DNA of 64,000 nt from an uncultured Bacilli bacterium (GTDB taxonomy: Bacteria; Bacillota_I; Bacilli_A; RF39; UBA660): positions 296,464 to 360,463 of the forward strand of contig CAKOHZ010000002.1 in NCBI GenBank assembly GCA_934086315.1. Direction: 5' to 3'. A program made the translations under genes and the position numbers. The notes below the pieces were generated by a model that searched no databases, was not told the origin of the DNA, and was given only the letters and a program-made list of their open reading frames with translations. Positions 20,017 through 30,155 of this stretch are shown here, piece after piece (the stretch's first letter is position 1; the number at the start of each line of letters is the position of its first letter).

Positions 20017-22173
20017 ATGAAGAAAAAATATTTATTATTTATATGCTTATTAGTTTTTCTATGTACACCATTTAAGATAAATGCAGCCTTTGATGCAGAA
20101 ATAAATGGTAATACAGTTAGAATTAGAACAGGTCCTGGCACTAATAATTCAGCTATCGTAACAGTTAATGCAGGTACATCTATTAAAGTTGTTGATAAAA
20201 CTTTATATGAAGGAACTGGTTGTGACTCTAAATGGCTAAAAATAATTCATAATGATAAAGAAGGATATGTTTGTAGTGAATATGTTACTTTTATAAATAC
20301 AAGTTATGCCGGAATAAATGTTATTGATTGGACAGCAAGAGTTAGTGGAAATAATGTTTCTGTTAGAAAAACTGCTTCATCTAGTGGAACGTTAATTGAA
20401 ACATTAACACTTGGAGCTAACGTAACAATACTAGGTACTAGTGGAAACTTTTATAAAATTAAATATTATGGTGAAAAAGAAGGATACATAAGTAAGGATT
20501 ATGTTATTAAAAAAAGTGATGTCACAGCTACTGATGAAGAATATGCTAAAGTATTAAAAGACAAAGGTTTCCCAGATAGTTATATTCCATATTTAACATA
20601 CTTACATAAAAAATATCCAAACTGGGAATTTAATGCTGATAAAAATAATAGAAGTTTTACTACTTCAGTTGATAAAGAATCTGGTAAATGTTACATGCAA
20701 ACAAAAAATGATAACTATAGAACCTCTTCTACTCCAGCCGAAGGAAGCTCTTGGTTTAGAGTTAATGCTGGTGTTATAGCATTCTATATGGATCCTAGAA
20801 ACTGGCTTTTAGAAGATAGAATATTTATGTTTGAAAAACTAGATTACGATAAAAATCTTGAAAAAGAATATCCAACAATAATTAAATCAATATTTGGTAG
20901 TGGAAAACTAGGAGACGATAAATACACTATTCCAATGTTCAACGCCGCCAAATCTTTAGGAATTAGTCCTATACACGTAGCAAGTAGAATTAGATTAGAA
21001 GTTGGAGCTTCAGGAAGTGGCTCAACCGATGGCGGAGAATTCACATGGAAAGGAAAAAAATATAGTGGATACTATAACTTCTTCAATATAGGTGCTTACG
21101 AAACAACAATAGATGGTGTTAAATATTCAGCAGTTACAAGAGGCCTTGCCTACGCTGCCAAACTTATTGACAGAAATGGTGAAAAATGGGATAACATTGA
21201 AACTGCTATAAGAGAAGGAAGTAGTACACTTGCTAATAATTATGTAACTAAAGGTCAACAAACTATCTTCTATCAAAAATTTAACATTGGACCTAACGCA
21301 GGAAGCCCTTATGCTCATCAATACATGACAAATATACAAGCCCCAGCAATCGAAGGAGCATCTACTTATAACTCTTATAAAAAAGGAGATTTACTAAACT
21401 CTAAAATAATATTTGATATACCAGTATATAAAGATGGAACACTTCCAGCATACACTTCTCTACCAAAAAGTGGAGACACTAACAATAACTTAAAATCATT
21501 AAGTGTAGTTGGTTATTCATTAACCCCATCATTTGATGAAGATATACTTACTTATGACTCATACATTCCAAAAGAAACAACAACTGTAACAATAGATGCT
21601 AAAACAAGTAGTGATAAAGCAACTATATCAGGAACTGGAGAAATGAAAATCGAAGATGATGAAACAGATGTAACAATAACAGTAACAAGTGAAGCTGGCG
21701 AAGAAAAGAAATATGTTGTTACAATTCATAGAGTTGATGATCCTACTACAGTAAGTATGGTGCTTGAAAAAAGTAATCTGAATATAAAAGATAATTACAT
21801 AGTTAATATTAAACCTGAAACAAAAGCAAGTGTTATCAAGTCAGCACTAATTACTTCAGGAGCAAGAAACGTTATAATTAAAAACTCTAAAGGAAACGAA
21901 ATAAAAGATTCAGATATTTTAGGAACAGAATACAAAGTTACAATATCTACAGTATTAGAATCTAAAACATTTACTCTAGTAGTTAGAGGTGACACTTCAG
22001 GTGATGGCAAAGTAGATATCCTAGATTTATTACAAGTTAGAAAACATATAAATGGAGATAATACTTTAAATAATGCTAGATTTTTAGCAGGAGACACATC
22101 AGGTGATAACAAAATAACTATTCTTGACTTACTACAAGTTAGAAAACATATAAATGGAGATAAAAAATTATAG
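20017..22173 (+). CDS. secreted cell-wall protein: 2x SH3b, central putative peptidoglycan/glycan hydrolase-like domain, 2x cadherin-like beta-sandwich, C-terminal type-I dockerin
   Basis: Signal peptide. SH3b repeats (NGNTVRIRTGPGTNNSAI..., ARVSGNNVSVRKTASSSG...). Cadherin-like segments (LKSLSVVGYSLTPSFDEDILTYDSYIP). Two 22-aa calcium-binding dockerin repeats (DTSGDGKVDILDLLQVRKHINGD, DTSGDNKITILDLLQVRKHINGD). The hydrolase family is not resolved by eye. Confidence 0.7.
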   Translation: MKKKYLLFICLLVFLCTPFKINAAFDAEINGNTVRIRTGPGTNNSAIVTVNAGTSIKVVDKTLYEGTGCDSKWLKIIHNDKEGYVCSEYVTFINTSYAGINVIDWTARVSGNNVSVRKTASSSGTLIETLTLGANVTILGTSGNFYKIKYYGEKEGYISKDYVIKKSDVTATDEEYAKVLKDKGFPDSYIPYLTYLHKKYPNWEFNADKNNRSFTTSVDKESGKCYMQTKNDNYRTSSTPAEGSSWFRVNAGVIAFYMDPRNWLLEDRIFMFEKLDYDKNLEKEYPTIIKSIFGSGKLGDDKYTIPMFNAAKSLGISPIHVASRIRLEVGASGSGSTDGGEFTWKGKKYSGYYNFFNIGAYETTIDGVKYSAVTRGLAYAAKLIDRNGEKWDNIETAIREGSSTLANNYVTKGQQTIFYQKFNIGPNAGSPYAHQYMTNIQAPAIEGASTYNSYKKGDLLNSKIIFDIPVYKDGTLPAYTSLPKSGDTNNNLKSLSVVGYSLTPSFDEDILTYDSYIPKETTTVTIDAKTSSDKATISGTGEMKIEDDETDVTITVTSEAGEEKKYVVTIHRVDDPTTVSMVLEKSNLNIKDNYIVNIKPETKASVIKSALITSGARNVIIKNSKGNEIKDSDILGTEYKVTISTVLESKTFTLVVRGDTSGDGKVDILDLLQVRKHINGDNTLNNARFLAGDTSGDNKITILDLLQVRKHINGDKKL

Positions 22174-22181
22174 GAGGATTT

Positions 22182-23831
22182 ATGAAAAAAATATTAAAAA
22201 CACTATCTATACTAATAGTATCCCTACTCTTTACTATAACAGTAGATGCAGCTAGTGCAAATATAAAAGTTACAACAAGTAAAAGCCAAGTTGTAGTAGG
22301 AAATACATTTACAGTAACAACTAAAATATCAGGTTCAGATCTTGGCTCATGGCAATGGACACTAAATTATGATACTAAAAAATTTAAATTAGTAAGTGGT
22401 GGAAACGTTTTCTTCTTTAGTGAATCAGGAGAAAATCAAAGAACTAAAACATGGACACTTAAAGCAATAGCTAAAGGAAGCGGAACAGTTTCAGTTAAAG
22501 CAGCTGGAGCATTTGCATATAAAGATGAATCAACAATAAAAGTTACAACAAACTCTAAAACAGTCAAAGTAATAACACAAGCTGAATTAGAAGCAAGTTA
22601 TTCAAAAGACAATAATCTTAAAAGTCTAAGTGTTGAAGGCTTAACTTTAGAACCTGCATTTAATAAAGATACAACTGACTACAAAGTAACAGCTGAAAGT
22701 AACACAACAGAAATAAAAATTAATGCAACTAAATCAGACTCAAAAGCAGACTTATCAGGAACAGGAACATTTAAAGTAACCGAAGGAGAAAACAAATTTA
22801 CAATAACTGTTGAAGCAGAAAATGGTTCAATAAAAAAATATAACATAACTGTAAATGTTACAGATCCAAATCCTATAACAGCAAAAATAAATGATAAAGA
22901 TTATACTGTTGTTAAAAGAGAAAGTAATCTTACAAAACCAGAAGATTATGAAAAAACTGAAATAACTATTAACGATCAAAAAGTTCCAGCATTCTATAAT
23001 GAAATAAATAAATTCACACTTGTAGGACTTAAAGATGAAAATGGTGATGTTGCCCTATTCTTATATGATGAAAAAACAAATACATTTAGTGAATATAAAG
23101 AAATAAAACTAGATCAAATAAAACTATATCCTTTAACAATTGATAAAGAAATAGATGGATATAAATTAAGTAAAATTAAAATAAATGATGTTGAATTTGA
23201 TGCATTAATATTAGATAATAGTGAATACGCGGTAATTCACGCACAAAATATGAATAATGGTTCAAATGATTATTACACATATGACACTAAAACAAATACA
23301 GTTGTTAGATACACAGATGAAACATTAAAGCCATTAGAAAATAAACTAAAAATATATGAAAAAATAATTATCTTATTATGTGGAGAAACAGTATTAGTAT
23401 TCTTTATTCTATTATGCATACTTATTGCTAAAATAAGAAATAATAAAAAAAGAAAGAAAATGCGCAAAATGATGCTAAAACAAAAAGAACTTGAAGAAAA
23501 AGCAAAAGAAGAAAATATTCAAGAAGAAGTTATAGCAAAACAAAAAAAACTTGAAGAAGAACATGAAGTACAAGAAGAAAAAGAAATTATTGAAGAAGAA
23601 AAAACAGATGATAATAAAATATTAACAACAGATGAATACGAAAAAATATGCATGAAATTTGTTAACAACGAAGAATTAACTGAAGAAGAATTAAAAGAAC
23701 TTAAAAGAAGTACACCAGAAAAAATGAAACAAATGGAAGAAACGAGACAAAAAGAAAAAGAATCAGTCAAAAACAACGAAGAAACTAAATCTAAAAAGAA
23801 TAAAAAAGAAAAAAAGAATAGAAAGAAATAA
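22182..23831 (+). CDS. bitopic membrane protein: signal peptide, cohesin-like domain, cadherin-like beta-sandwich, TM, Lys/Glu-rich cytoplasmic tail
   Basis: The N-domain IKVTTSKSQVVVGNTFTVTTKISGSDLGSWQWTLNYDTKKFKLVSGG fits the cohesin pattern (VKV...A.GDTV.V.V...G....D..L.YD...L). NLKSLSVEGLTLEPAFNKDTTDYKV is cadherin-like. TM ILLCGETVLVFFILLCILIA, followed by a ~130-aa K/E-rich tail. Confidence 0.6.
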   Translation: MKKILKTLSILIVSLLFTITVDAASANIKVTTSKSQVVVGNTFTVTTKISGSDLGSWQWTLNYDTKKFKLVSGGNVFFFSESGENQRTKTWTLKAIAKGSGTVSVKAAGAFAYKDESTIKVTTNSKTVKVITQAELEASYSKDNNLKSLSVEGLTLEPAFNKDTTDYKVTAESNTTEIKINATKSDSKADLSGTGTFKVTEGENKFTITVEAENGSIKKYNITVNVTDPNPITAKINDKDYTVVKRESNLTKPEDYEKTEITINDQKVPAFYNEINKFTLVGLKDENGDVALFLYDEKTNTFSEYKEIKLDQIKLYPLTIDKEIDGYKLSKIKINDVEFDALILDNSEYAVIHAQNMNNGSNDYYTYDTKTNTVVRYTDETLKPLENKLKIYEKIIILLCGETVLVFFILLCILIAKIRNNKKRKKMRKMMLKQKELEEKAKEENIQEEVIAKQKKLEEEHEVQEEKEIIEEEKTDDNKILTTDEYEKICMKFVNNEELTEEELKELKRSTPEKMKQMEETRQKEKESVKNNEETKSKKNKKEKKNRKK

Positions 23832-23841
23832 TAAGAAAGAA

Positions 23842-25803
23842 GTGTTAAACATGAGAAAAAGAAAAATATTAAAAACATTTATAACATTATTACTATTATT
23901 AATAGAACTAATAAGTCTTTGTTTCTTTACCTACTCTTTAGTTCTTTACAAAGGAGTAGAAACTTTCTATAGAATATATGGAGTAATAATTCTAGTATAC
24001 TTCTTCTTATTCCTGAGTTATCTACTTCTTAGAAGTATTAAAAAGAAAACAACAAGATCATTCATCATACCTGCAATTTTAACAGTAATAATAATCGGAT
24101 GTGAATTTGGCGGCTACTACTACTTAACTAAAATATATAAATCAATTGATGCATACAGTGATACAACAAATACATATTATAGTTCACTAGTTACATATGA
24201 TAAATCATTAAATACACAAAAAGATTTAAGAAATAAAAAAATTGGTATAGTAAATGATACAAAAGATATTGAAGGAAATATACTTCCTAAAGAATTAATT
24301 AAAAAATATAGCTTAGATTCATCAAATGAGATAAAAGAATATGATTCAACTATTGAATTATTACATGCTCTAAAAAACAAAGAAATAGATGCAGCATTCT
24401 TTAGTAGAAACTATGTAGATATGTTCTATAGTCTTGAAGGATATGAAAACATAGAAAGTGAAACTAAAGTATTACTTGAAGACTCTAAAGTTTATGAATC
24501 AAATGAAGAAAACATTAAAAGTGAAACAGCTTCTTTAGATAAACCATTCACAATGTTATTTATAGGAGTTGACTCATCTAAAGATGGTGTTACTTCAGGA
24601 TACAACGGAGACGTACTTTTACTAGCTACATTTAACCCATCTACTCTAAGAGCTACAATAACTTCAGTACCAAGAGACACTTATATCAAAACAGCATGTT
24701 CAAATGGAAGTTATAGAAGAATAAATACTACTACTTGGGGAAGCTCATCTACTTGTGCAGTTAAAACAATAGAAAATCTATTTGATGTAGATATTGATTA
24801 CTACGCTAAAATTAACTTTAAAGGAGTTGTATCTCTAGTAGATGCAGTCGGAGGAATTGATGTAGATGTTCCATACTCTTTCTGTGAACAAAATAGTTCT
24901 AGACAATGGGGAGACAATACAATATATGTTAAACAAGGTAAACAACATTTAAATGGTGAACAAGCACTAGCCTTAGCTAGAAATAGACATGGATGGCCCA
25001 AAAAATGTGCTGATGAATGGAATCAAGGAACAAGAAATGACTTCGTAAGAGGTAAAAATCAAATGAAGATTATCATGGGAGTTGCTGCTTCTGCTACTAA
25101 ATTAACAGATCCAAATCAAGCTATTTCAATACTTGAAAAAATTAAATCAAACTTCCAAACAAATATAACTACTAAAGATGTATTATCACTTTATAGTCTA
25201 GCTAAATCAATAGTATTAAATGACAGTACTAACCTAGTAAATCTTCAAAGAATGCAACTTAAAACATACAATGTTTGGGGAAAAGTATATGAACCTCAAT
25301 CAAAAGGATATCCAGCAGTACAAGTTCCATATCAAGGAAGTATTGATGATATTAAAAAAGAAATAAAAATCAATCTAGGTAAAACGACTCCAGAATTAGT
25401 AAAAACAGCATCATTTGACTTAAATAACCTATATGAAGACACATTAATTGGTCAAGGAAAATATACTACTCCTACAGTAAACACACTTAAAAACTTATCT
25501 AGTTACTCTGTATCAAGCATAAAATCATACGCAAGTAAAAATAAATTAAAAGTTAAATTTGTAGATTATAATAACAACACTGAAGTATCAATAGATAGTT
25601 GGGGAGATTATGTATTCCATAGTCAAAAAGAACATGTAGATACTTTAATAGATCAATTAAGTTCATTAACTATATATGTCAAAAAACAAACAGTAGTTAA
25701 ACCTTCAGAACCAACAACACCAACTGAACCTACTACTCCTACTACTCCAACCGAACCAACAACACCAAGTGAGGGAACAACTACTGAAAATACTGAAGCA
25801 TAA
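23842..25803 (+). CDS. LytR-CpsA-Psr (LCP) family cell-envelope polymer ligase with C-terminal extension and Thr/Pro-rich tail
   Basis: N-terminal TM helices. LCP core FTMLFIGVDSSKDG...GDVLLLATFNP...SVPRDTY. C-terminal PTEPTTPTTPTEPTTPSEGTT linker. Confidence 0.75.
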   Translation: MLNMRKRKILKTFITLLLLLIELISLCFFTYSLVLYKGVETFYRIYGVIILVYFFLFLSYLLLRSIKKKTTRSFIIPAILTVIIIGCEFGGYYYLTKIYKSIDAYSDTTNTYYSSLVTYDKSLNTQKDLRNKKIGIVNDTKDIEGNILPKELIKKYSLDSSNEIKEYDSTIELLHALKNKEIDAAFFSRNYVDMFYSLEGYENIESETKVLLEDSKVYESNEENIKSETASLDKPFTMLFIGVDSSKDGVTSGYNGDVLLLATFNPSTLRATITSVPRDTYIKTACSNGSYRRINTTTWGSSSTCAVKTIENLFDVDIDYYAKINFKGVVSLVDAVGGIDVDVPYSFCEQNSSRQWGDNTIYVKQGKQHLNGEQALALARNRHGWPKKCADEWNQGTRNDFVRGKNQMKIIMGVAASATKLTDPNQAISILEKIKSNFQTNITTKDVLSLYSLAKSIVLNDSTNLVNLQRMQLKTYNVWGKVYEPQSKGYPAVQVPYQGSIDDIKKEIKINLGKTTPELVKTASFDLNNLYEDTLIGQGKYTTPTVNTLKNLSSYSVSSIKSYASKNKLKVKFVDYNNNTEVSIDSWGDYVFHSQKEHVDTLIDQLSSLTIYVKKQTVVKPSEPTTPTEPTTPTTPTEPTTPSEGTTTENTEA

Positions 25804-25805
25804 CA

Positions 25806-25842
25806 AAAGAGTTCAAATTTTTGAACTCTTTTTCTTTTTTAT
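25806..25842. terminator. bidirectional intrinsic terminator between the LCP gene and sufB
   Basis: agagttcaa-atttt-ttgaactct 9-bp stem with T-runs on both sides. Confidence 0.6.
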
Positions 25843-27158
25843 AAATGTAAATTATTCTTAATAAGTTGATTTAATTCAACTGCATACTCCATAGGAAGTT
25901 CACTTCTAAATCTATCTAAGAATCCAAGTACTATCAACTCAGTTGCTTTTTCTTCACTAAGTCCTCTACTCATTAAATAAAATAATACTTCATCACTTAT
26001 CTTAGACACAGTTGCTTCATGTTCTATGTTTGATGTTATATTATTACATGTATTAACAGGTATAGTGTCACTCTTAGATATGCCATCCAATATTAATGTA
26101 TCACACTTAACCATAGCTTCACTATTACTAGCAGTACTTTTTATATCTACTTTACCTCTATATGTAGAATTTCCTCCATCACTAGCTATACTCTTAGATA
26201 CTATATTACTCTTAGTATTTTTACCTATATGTATCATACGAGCACCAGTATCTTGTATTTGACCTTTCTTAGCTACGCCAATTGTTATACATGTACCACT
26301 TGAGTTATCGCCTTTTAAAACACAGCATGGATACTTCATAGTAATCTTAGAACCAATATTACCATCAATCCATTCCATTAGTCCGCCTTCATCAACTAAA
26401 GCTCTCTTAGTAACTAAGTTATACACATTAGTTGCCCAATTTTGAATAGTTGAATATCTACACTTACTATTCTTTCCTACATATATTTCTACAACAGCTG
26501 CATGTAAAGATGACTCACTATAAGTAGGAGCAGTACATCCTTCAACATAATGAAGACTTGAGTTATCATCTACTATTATTAAAGTTCTTTCAAATTGACC
26601 CATATTTTTACTATTAATTCTAAAATAACTTTGAAGAGGTCTATCTAAATGAGTATTCTTTGGTATATAAATAAAACTACCACCACTAAATACAGCACTA
26701 TTTAAAGCAGCAAACTTATTCTCATGCATATTAACAATCTTGCCAAAGTACTTTTCTACTATATCCTTGTGTCCCCTCATTGCAGTCTCAATAGATGTGA
26801 ATATTACATTCTTACTTTCAAGTTCTTCTATCATATTATGATATATTACTTCGCTTTCATATTGTACTCCCATACCACCTAAATGTTTTTCACTCTCAAG
26901 TACACCTAAATCAGCAAGTTCATCAACAACAGGCTTAAGTACATTATTCCAGTCACTCTCGATTTTCTTATCTGCATCATTACTTTTATAATAAACTATT
27001 TTATCATAATCTAAAGTTACATCAGGACCAAAAGAAGGATTATCTTGCTTCATAAAACTTTCATAACCTTTAAGTCTAAAGTCTTTTATCCACTCTTCTT
27101 CTTTTTTTATATTAGAAATCTTAAGAACATTTTCTTTTGTTAAACCTACTATTTCCAT
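25839..27158 (-). CDS. sufB: Fe-S cluster assembly protein SufB
   Basis: 439 aa. SufB/SufD beta-helix C-terminus including EVLFYLMSRGLSEEKA. Last gene of the suf operon. Confidence 0.85.
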   Translation of the reverse strand: MEIVGLTKENVLKISNIKKEEEWIKDFRLKGYESFMKQDNPSFGPDVTLDYDKIVYYKSNDADKKIESDWNNVLKPVVDELADLGVLESEKHLGGMGVQYESEVIYHNMIEELESKNVIFTSIETAMRGHKDIVEKYFGKIVNMHENKFAALNSAVFSGGSFIYIPKNTHLDRPLQSYFRINSKNMGQFERTLIIVDDNSSLHYVEGCTAPTYSESSLHAAVVEIYVGKNSKCRYSTIQNWATNVYNLVTKRALVDEGGLMEWIDGNIGSKITMKYPCCVLKGDNSSGTCITIGVAKKGQIQDTGARMIHIGKNTKSNIVSKSIASDGGNSTYRGKVDIKSTASNSEAMVKCDTLILDGISKSDTIPVNTCNNITSNIEHEATVSKISDEVLFYLMSRGLSEEKATELIVLGFLDRFRSELPMEYAVELNQLIKNNLHL

Positions 27159-27172
27159 ACATTCTCTTCTTT

Positions 27173-27601
27173 CTATTTATCTTCGTATATTTTAATTATA
27201 TTTATAATTGCTTTACTTGGAAGTAATGCACAATTCTTACGATTAGGTTGTAAGTATATTTCATCATACACGTTTAACTCTCCGAGTAAATCTTTATCAT
27301 ATTCTTTTTCATTAATCATATTTTGATAATTAGTAATTATCTCTTCTGCTTCACTTATTGTTTTACCAATAACTTTTTTAATCATTATACTAACAGCAGA
27401 AGTGCATATCGCACAAGCTTCTCCATCAAATCTAGCATCCACTATTTTATCATCTACTATCTTTAACATTAAATCTATATTATCTATACATGAATCACTA
27501 TTAGTATTTTTAAGAATATAACTTTTATCATCAACAAGTCCCCTATTAACAGGATTTTGATAATTATCAAGTATTATCTCTCTTTTAATTTCTTTATTCA
27601 T
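27173..27601 (-). CDS. sufU: SufU/IscU-type Fe-S scaffold/sulfur acceptor
   Basis: 142 aa with the three conserved Cys (SDSCID..., GEACAICT, KNCALLP). Confidence 0.8.
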   Translation of the reverse strand: MNKEIKREIILDNYQNPVNRGLVDDKSYILKNTNSDSCIDNIDLMLKIVDDKIVDARFDGEACAICTSAVSIMIKKVIGKTISEAEEIITNYQNMINEKEYDKDLLGELNVYDEIYLQPNRKNCALLPSKAIINIIKIYEDK

Positions 27602-28810
27602 CTATATCACCACATCATATAATTTATCACTATTTTTAAGTGCTTCTACTAACTTATCTACTTCTTCAAATGTATTATAAATATAAAAACTAATTCTACA
27701 AGTATTTTTAATACCTAAATCATCTTTTAATATTTTAGCACAATGATTACCTGCTCTTATAGCTATACCATATGTATTTAGATATACTGATGTATCTTGA
27801 GCAAACACATCTTTTATATTAAATGCTACTATTCCACTTTCACTATTCTTATTATATATAATTATATTATCCATATCTTTAATTTTAGATAATAAGTACT
27901 TTTTAAGCTCTACTTCATGTTTATGAATATTATCTACTCCGATACTAGTTATATAGTTAATTGCTTCTTTAAGGCCTATTACTTCAGCTATGGGAGGTGT
28001 TCCTGCTTCAAGATTAGTTGGAAAACTTTTTATTACATAACATTTATCACTTTCAAAACTTTCATTCATGCCTCCTCCATACTTAAGAGGTACTAAATCT
28101 TTTAAATATTCACTTTTGCCATAAAGAACACCTACTCCAGTAGGGCCACACATCTTATGACCACTAAATGCTAAAAATGATACATTACTCTTCTCTACAT
28201 CTATATTTATATGAGATACACTTTGAGCAGCATCAACAACAAAATATAAATTATTCTCTTTAGCTATCTTACCAATACTTTCTATATCACGCTTGTCCCC
28301 TATTACATTAGATACATGAGCTATACTTATTACTTTAGTATTCTTTGTAATAGACTTTTTAACATTCTCTAGAGTTACTTCATAATTCTCATCAAGTGGT
28401 ATATATTTAACAGTACATTTACCCATCTTTTCAAGAACAAACCAAGGAAGTACATTAGATGCATGTTCACTCTTAGTAATTAATACTTCATCATCTTTAT
28501 TAAGTATGTTTTTAAAGTATCCAAAAACTATTGTATTCATGGAATCAGTAGTTCCACTAGTAAACACTATTTCATCACTACTTTTAGCATGAATAAAATT
28601 CTTTACTACTTCTCTAGTTTCATCATACTCTTTGTTAGTACGCATCGCATTATCATAGTCACCTCTATGTATATTAGAAGTATACTTACTATAATACTCC
28701 ACCATCTTATCTATAACACATTTAGGTTTTAAAGAAGTTGCACTATTATCAAAATATATTAATTTATCATTTAATGCTGGAAAGTCTTCTCTATTCATAA
28801 CACACCTCAA
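27602..28810 (-). CDS. sufS: cysteine desulfurase, SufS class
   Basis: PLP-lysine motif SGHKMCGPTGVGVLYGK and active-site loop HHANI/RAGNHCA. 402 aa. Confidence 0.85.
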   Translation of the reverse strand: MRCVMNREDFPALNDKLIYFDNSATSLKPKCVIDKMVEYYSKYTSNIHRGDYDNAMRTNKEYDETREVVKNFIHAKSSDEIVFTSGTTDSMNTIVFGYFKNILNKDDEVLITKSEHASNVLPWFVLEKMGKCTVKYIPLDENYEVTLENVKKSITKNTKVISIAHVSNVIGDKRDIESIGKIAKENNLYFVVDAAQSVSHINIDVEKSNVSFLAFSGHKMCGPTGVGVLYGKSEYLKDLVPLKYGGGMNESFESDKCYVIKSFPTNLEAGTPPIAEVIGLKEAINYITSIGVDNIHKHEVELKKYLLSKIKDMDNIIIYNKNSESGIVAFNIKDVFAQDTSVYLNTYGIAIRAGNHCAKILKDDLGIKNTCRISFYIYNTFEEVDKLVEALKNSDKLYDVVI

Positions 28811-29406
28811 ATCTTATCTATTTCTTTTTCTAAAGTTTCAATTATTTCTTTATTTTCACAATTATTTACTAAGAAACTTTTAATTAACAAGTCATAACTT
28901 ACTTTCTCACTAATACCTCTACTCATTAAATAGAATAATATTTCATCTTTAAATTTGCCAATATAAGCAGAGTGAGAACTTACTACATCATAGTTATCTA
29001 TTAATAATTTAGGAAGTATGGTACTCTTACCATCTTTAATATTAAGTATTTGATTCTTTTGATTACATTCACTCTTATCACTTTTATTTGGTACATACCC
29101 TGTAATATCAAAATCTAATTCATTATCTTTAACATTTACTCCATGATTATATATATTACTTATAGTTTTACTACTATTATGATTTACTACTATTTTATAT
29201 TTATGATCATCATAGTTAATAGTACTATAGTGATATTCTACTTCTGAATTTTCTCCATTTAAATTAACAATTATATCATTATCTATATTTATTCCATATT
29301 GATACACTACTAATTTAGAGTTCTCACTTACATTATAAATTCTACTTTGATTAGTTTTATCTACTATATATAATTCTTTATTTTCTTTTATATCTACTGT
29401 TTCCAT
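28807..29406 (-). CDS. sufD: short SufD-like protein (C-terminal beta-helix only)
   Basis: 199 aa. The C-terminus DEILFYLMSRGISEKVSYDLLIKSFL parallels the SufB C-terminus. Position between sufC and sufS, with a 4-nt overlap with sufS. Confidence 0.65.
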   Translation of the reverse strand: METVDIKENKELYIVDKTNQSRIYNVSENSKLVVYQYGINIDNDIIVNLNGENSEVEYHYSTINYDDHKYKIVVNHNSSKTISNIYNHGVNVKDNELDFDITGYVPNKSDKSECNQKNQILNIKDGKSTILPKLLIDNYDVVSSHSAYIGKFKDEILFYLMSRGISEKVSYDLLIKSFLVNNCENKEIIETLEKEIDKI

Positions 29407-29408
29407 GA

Positions 29409-30146
29409 CTATCCTCTTTCATGATATCCATGTTTCTCTGTATCAAATGCTAAATCCATATTACCTGTTTTAACAATCTTACCATTATTCATAATATGAA
29501 CATAATCTGGATTAATATATTCAAGTATTCTAGGATAATGTGTAATTATAAGTACTGAAGTATCTTTATTTTCTTCTCTATATTTATTAATATTTTCACA
29601 TACTATTCTAAGACTATCTACATCAAGTCCACTATCTATTTCATCAAGTATTATAAATTTAGGTTTTAACATCTTAATTTGTAATACTTCATTCTTCTTC
29701 TTTTCACCACCAGAAAAACCTTTATTCAAATGACGATATAACATATCTTTATCAAATTCTAAATCTTCTATTGATTTATTAACTTCATCAAGAAACTTAA
29801 AGTAATCTATATTTTCACCAGTTATTTCTCTACTAGCAGTCTTTAAAAATTCACTATTAGTAACACCATCCACTACTGTAGGATCTTGCATAGCCAAGAA
29901 TATTCCTTTTTTAGCTCTTTCGTTTACTTTTAGATTCCTAATACTTTCACCATTAAAAAGTATATCTCCATCTGTAAGTTCATATTTATAGTTACCCATT
30001 ATTACCTTAGATAATGTACTTTTACCAGTACCATTAGGCCCCATTATCGCATGTACTTCTCCATCTTTAATATCAAGAGAAAGTCCATCTATTATATGTT
30101 TATCTGAATCTTTAATTTTAACACTTATATTTTTAATCTCTAGCAT
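29409..30146 (-). CDS. sufC: Fe-S cluster assembly ATPase SufC
   Basis: Walker A GPNGTGKST, ABC signature FSGGEKKK and Walker B IILDEIDSGLD. Confidence 0.9.
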   Translation of the reverse strand: MLEIKNISVKIKDSDKHIIDGLSLDIKDGEVHAIMGPNGTGKSTLSKVIMGNYKYELTDGDILFNGESIRNLKVNERAKKGIFLAMQDPTVVDGVTNSEFLKTASREITGENIDYFKFLDEVNKSIEDLEFDKDMLYRHLNKGFSGGEKKKNEVLQIKMLKPKFIILDEIDSGLDVDSLRIVCENINKYREENKDTSVLIITHYPRILEYINPDYVHIMNNGKIVKTGNMDLAFDTEKHGYHERG

Positions 30147-30155
30147 ATTCCACCT

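Noticed and set aside
20844-22112. Minus-strand ORFs inside the SH3b-dockerin gene (20844..21044, 21127..21339, 21795..22112)
   Set aside because: Embedded antisense to a long plus-strand gene with clear domain motifs.
23273-23878. Minus-strand ORFs 23273..23467 and 23519..23878
   Set aside because: Antisense to the Lys/Glu-rich tail of the cohesin-like protein. The AAG/GAA-rich sense strand gives Phe/Ser-rich open frames on the reverse strand.
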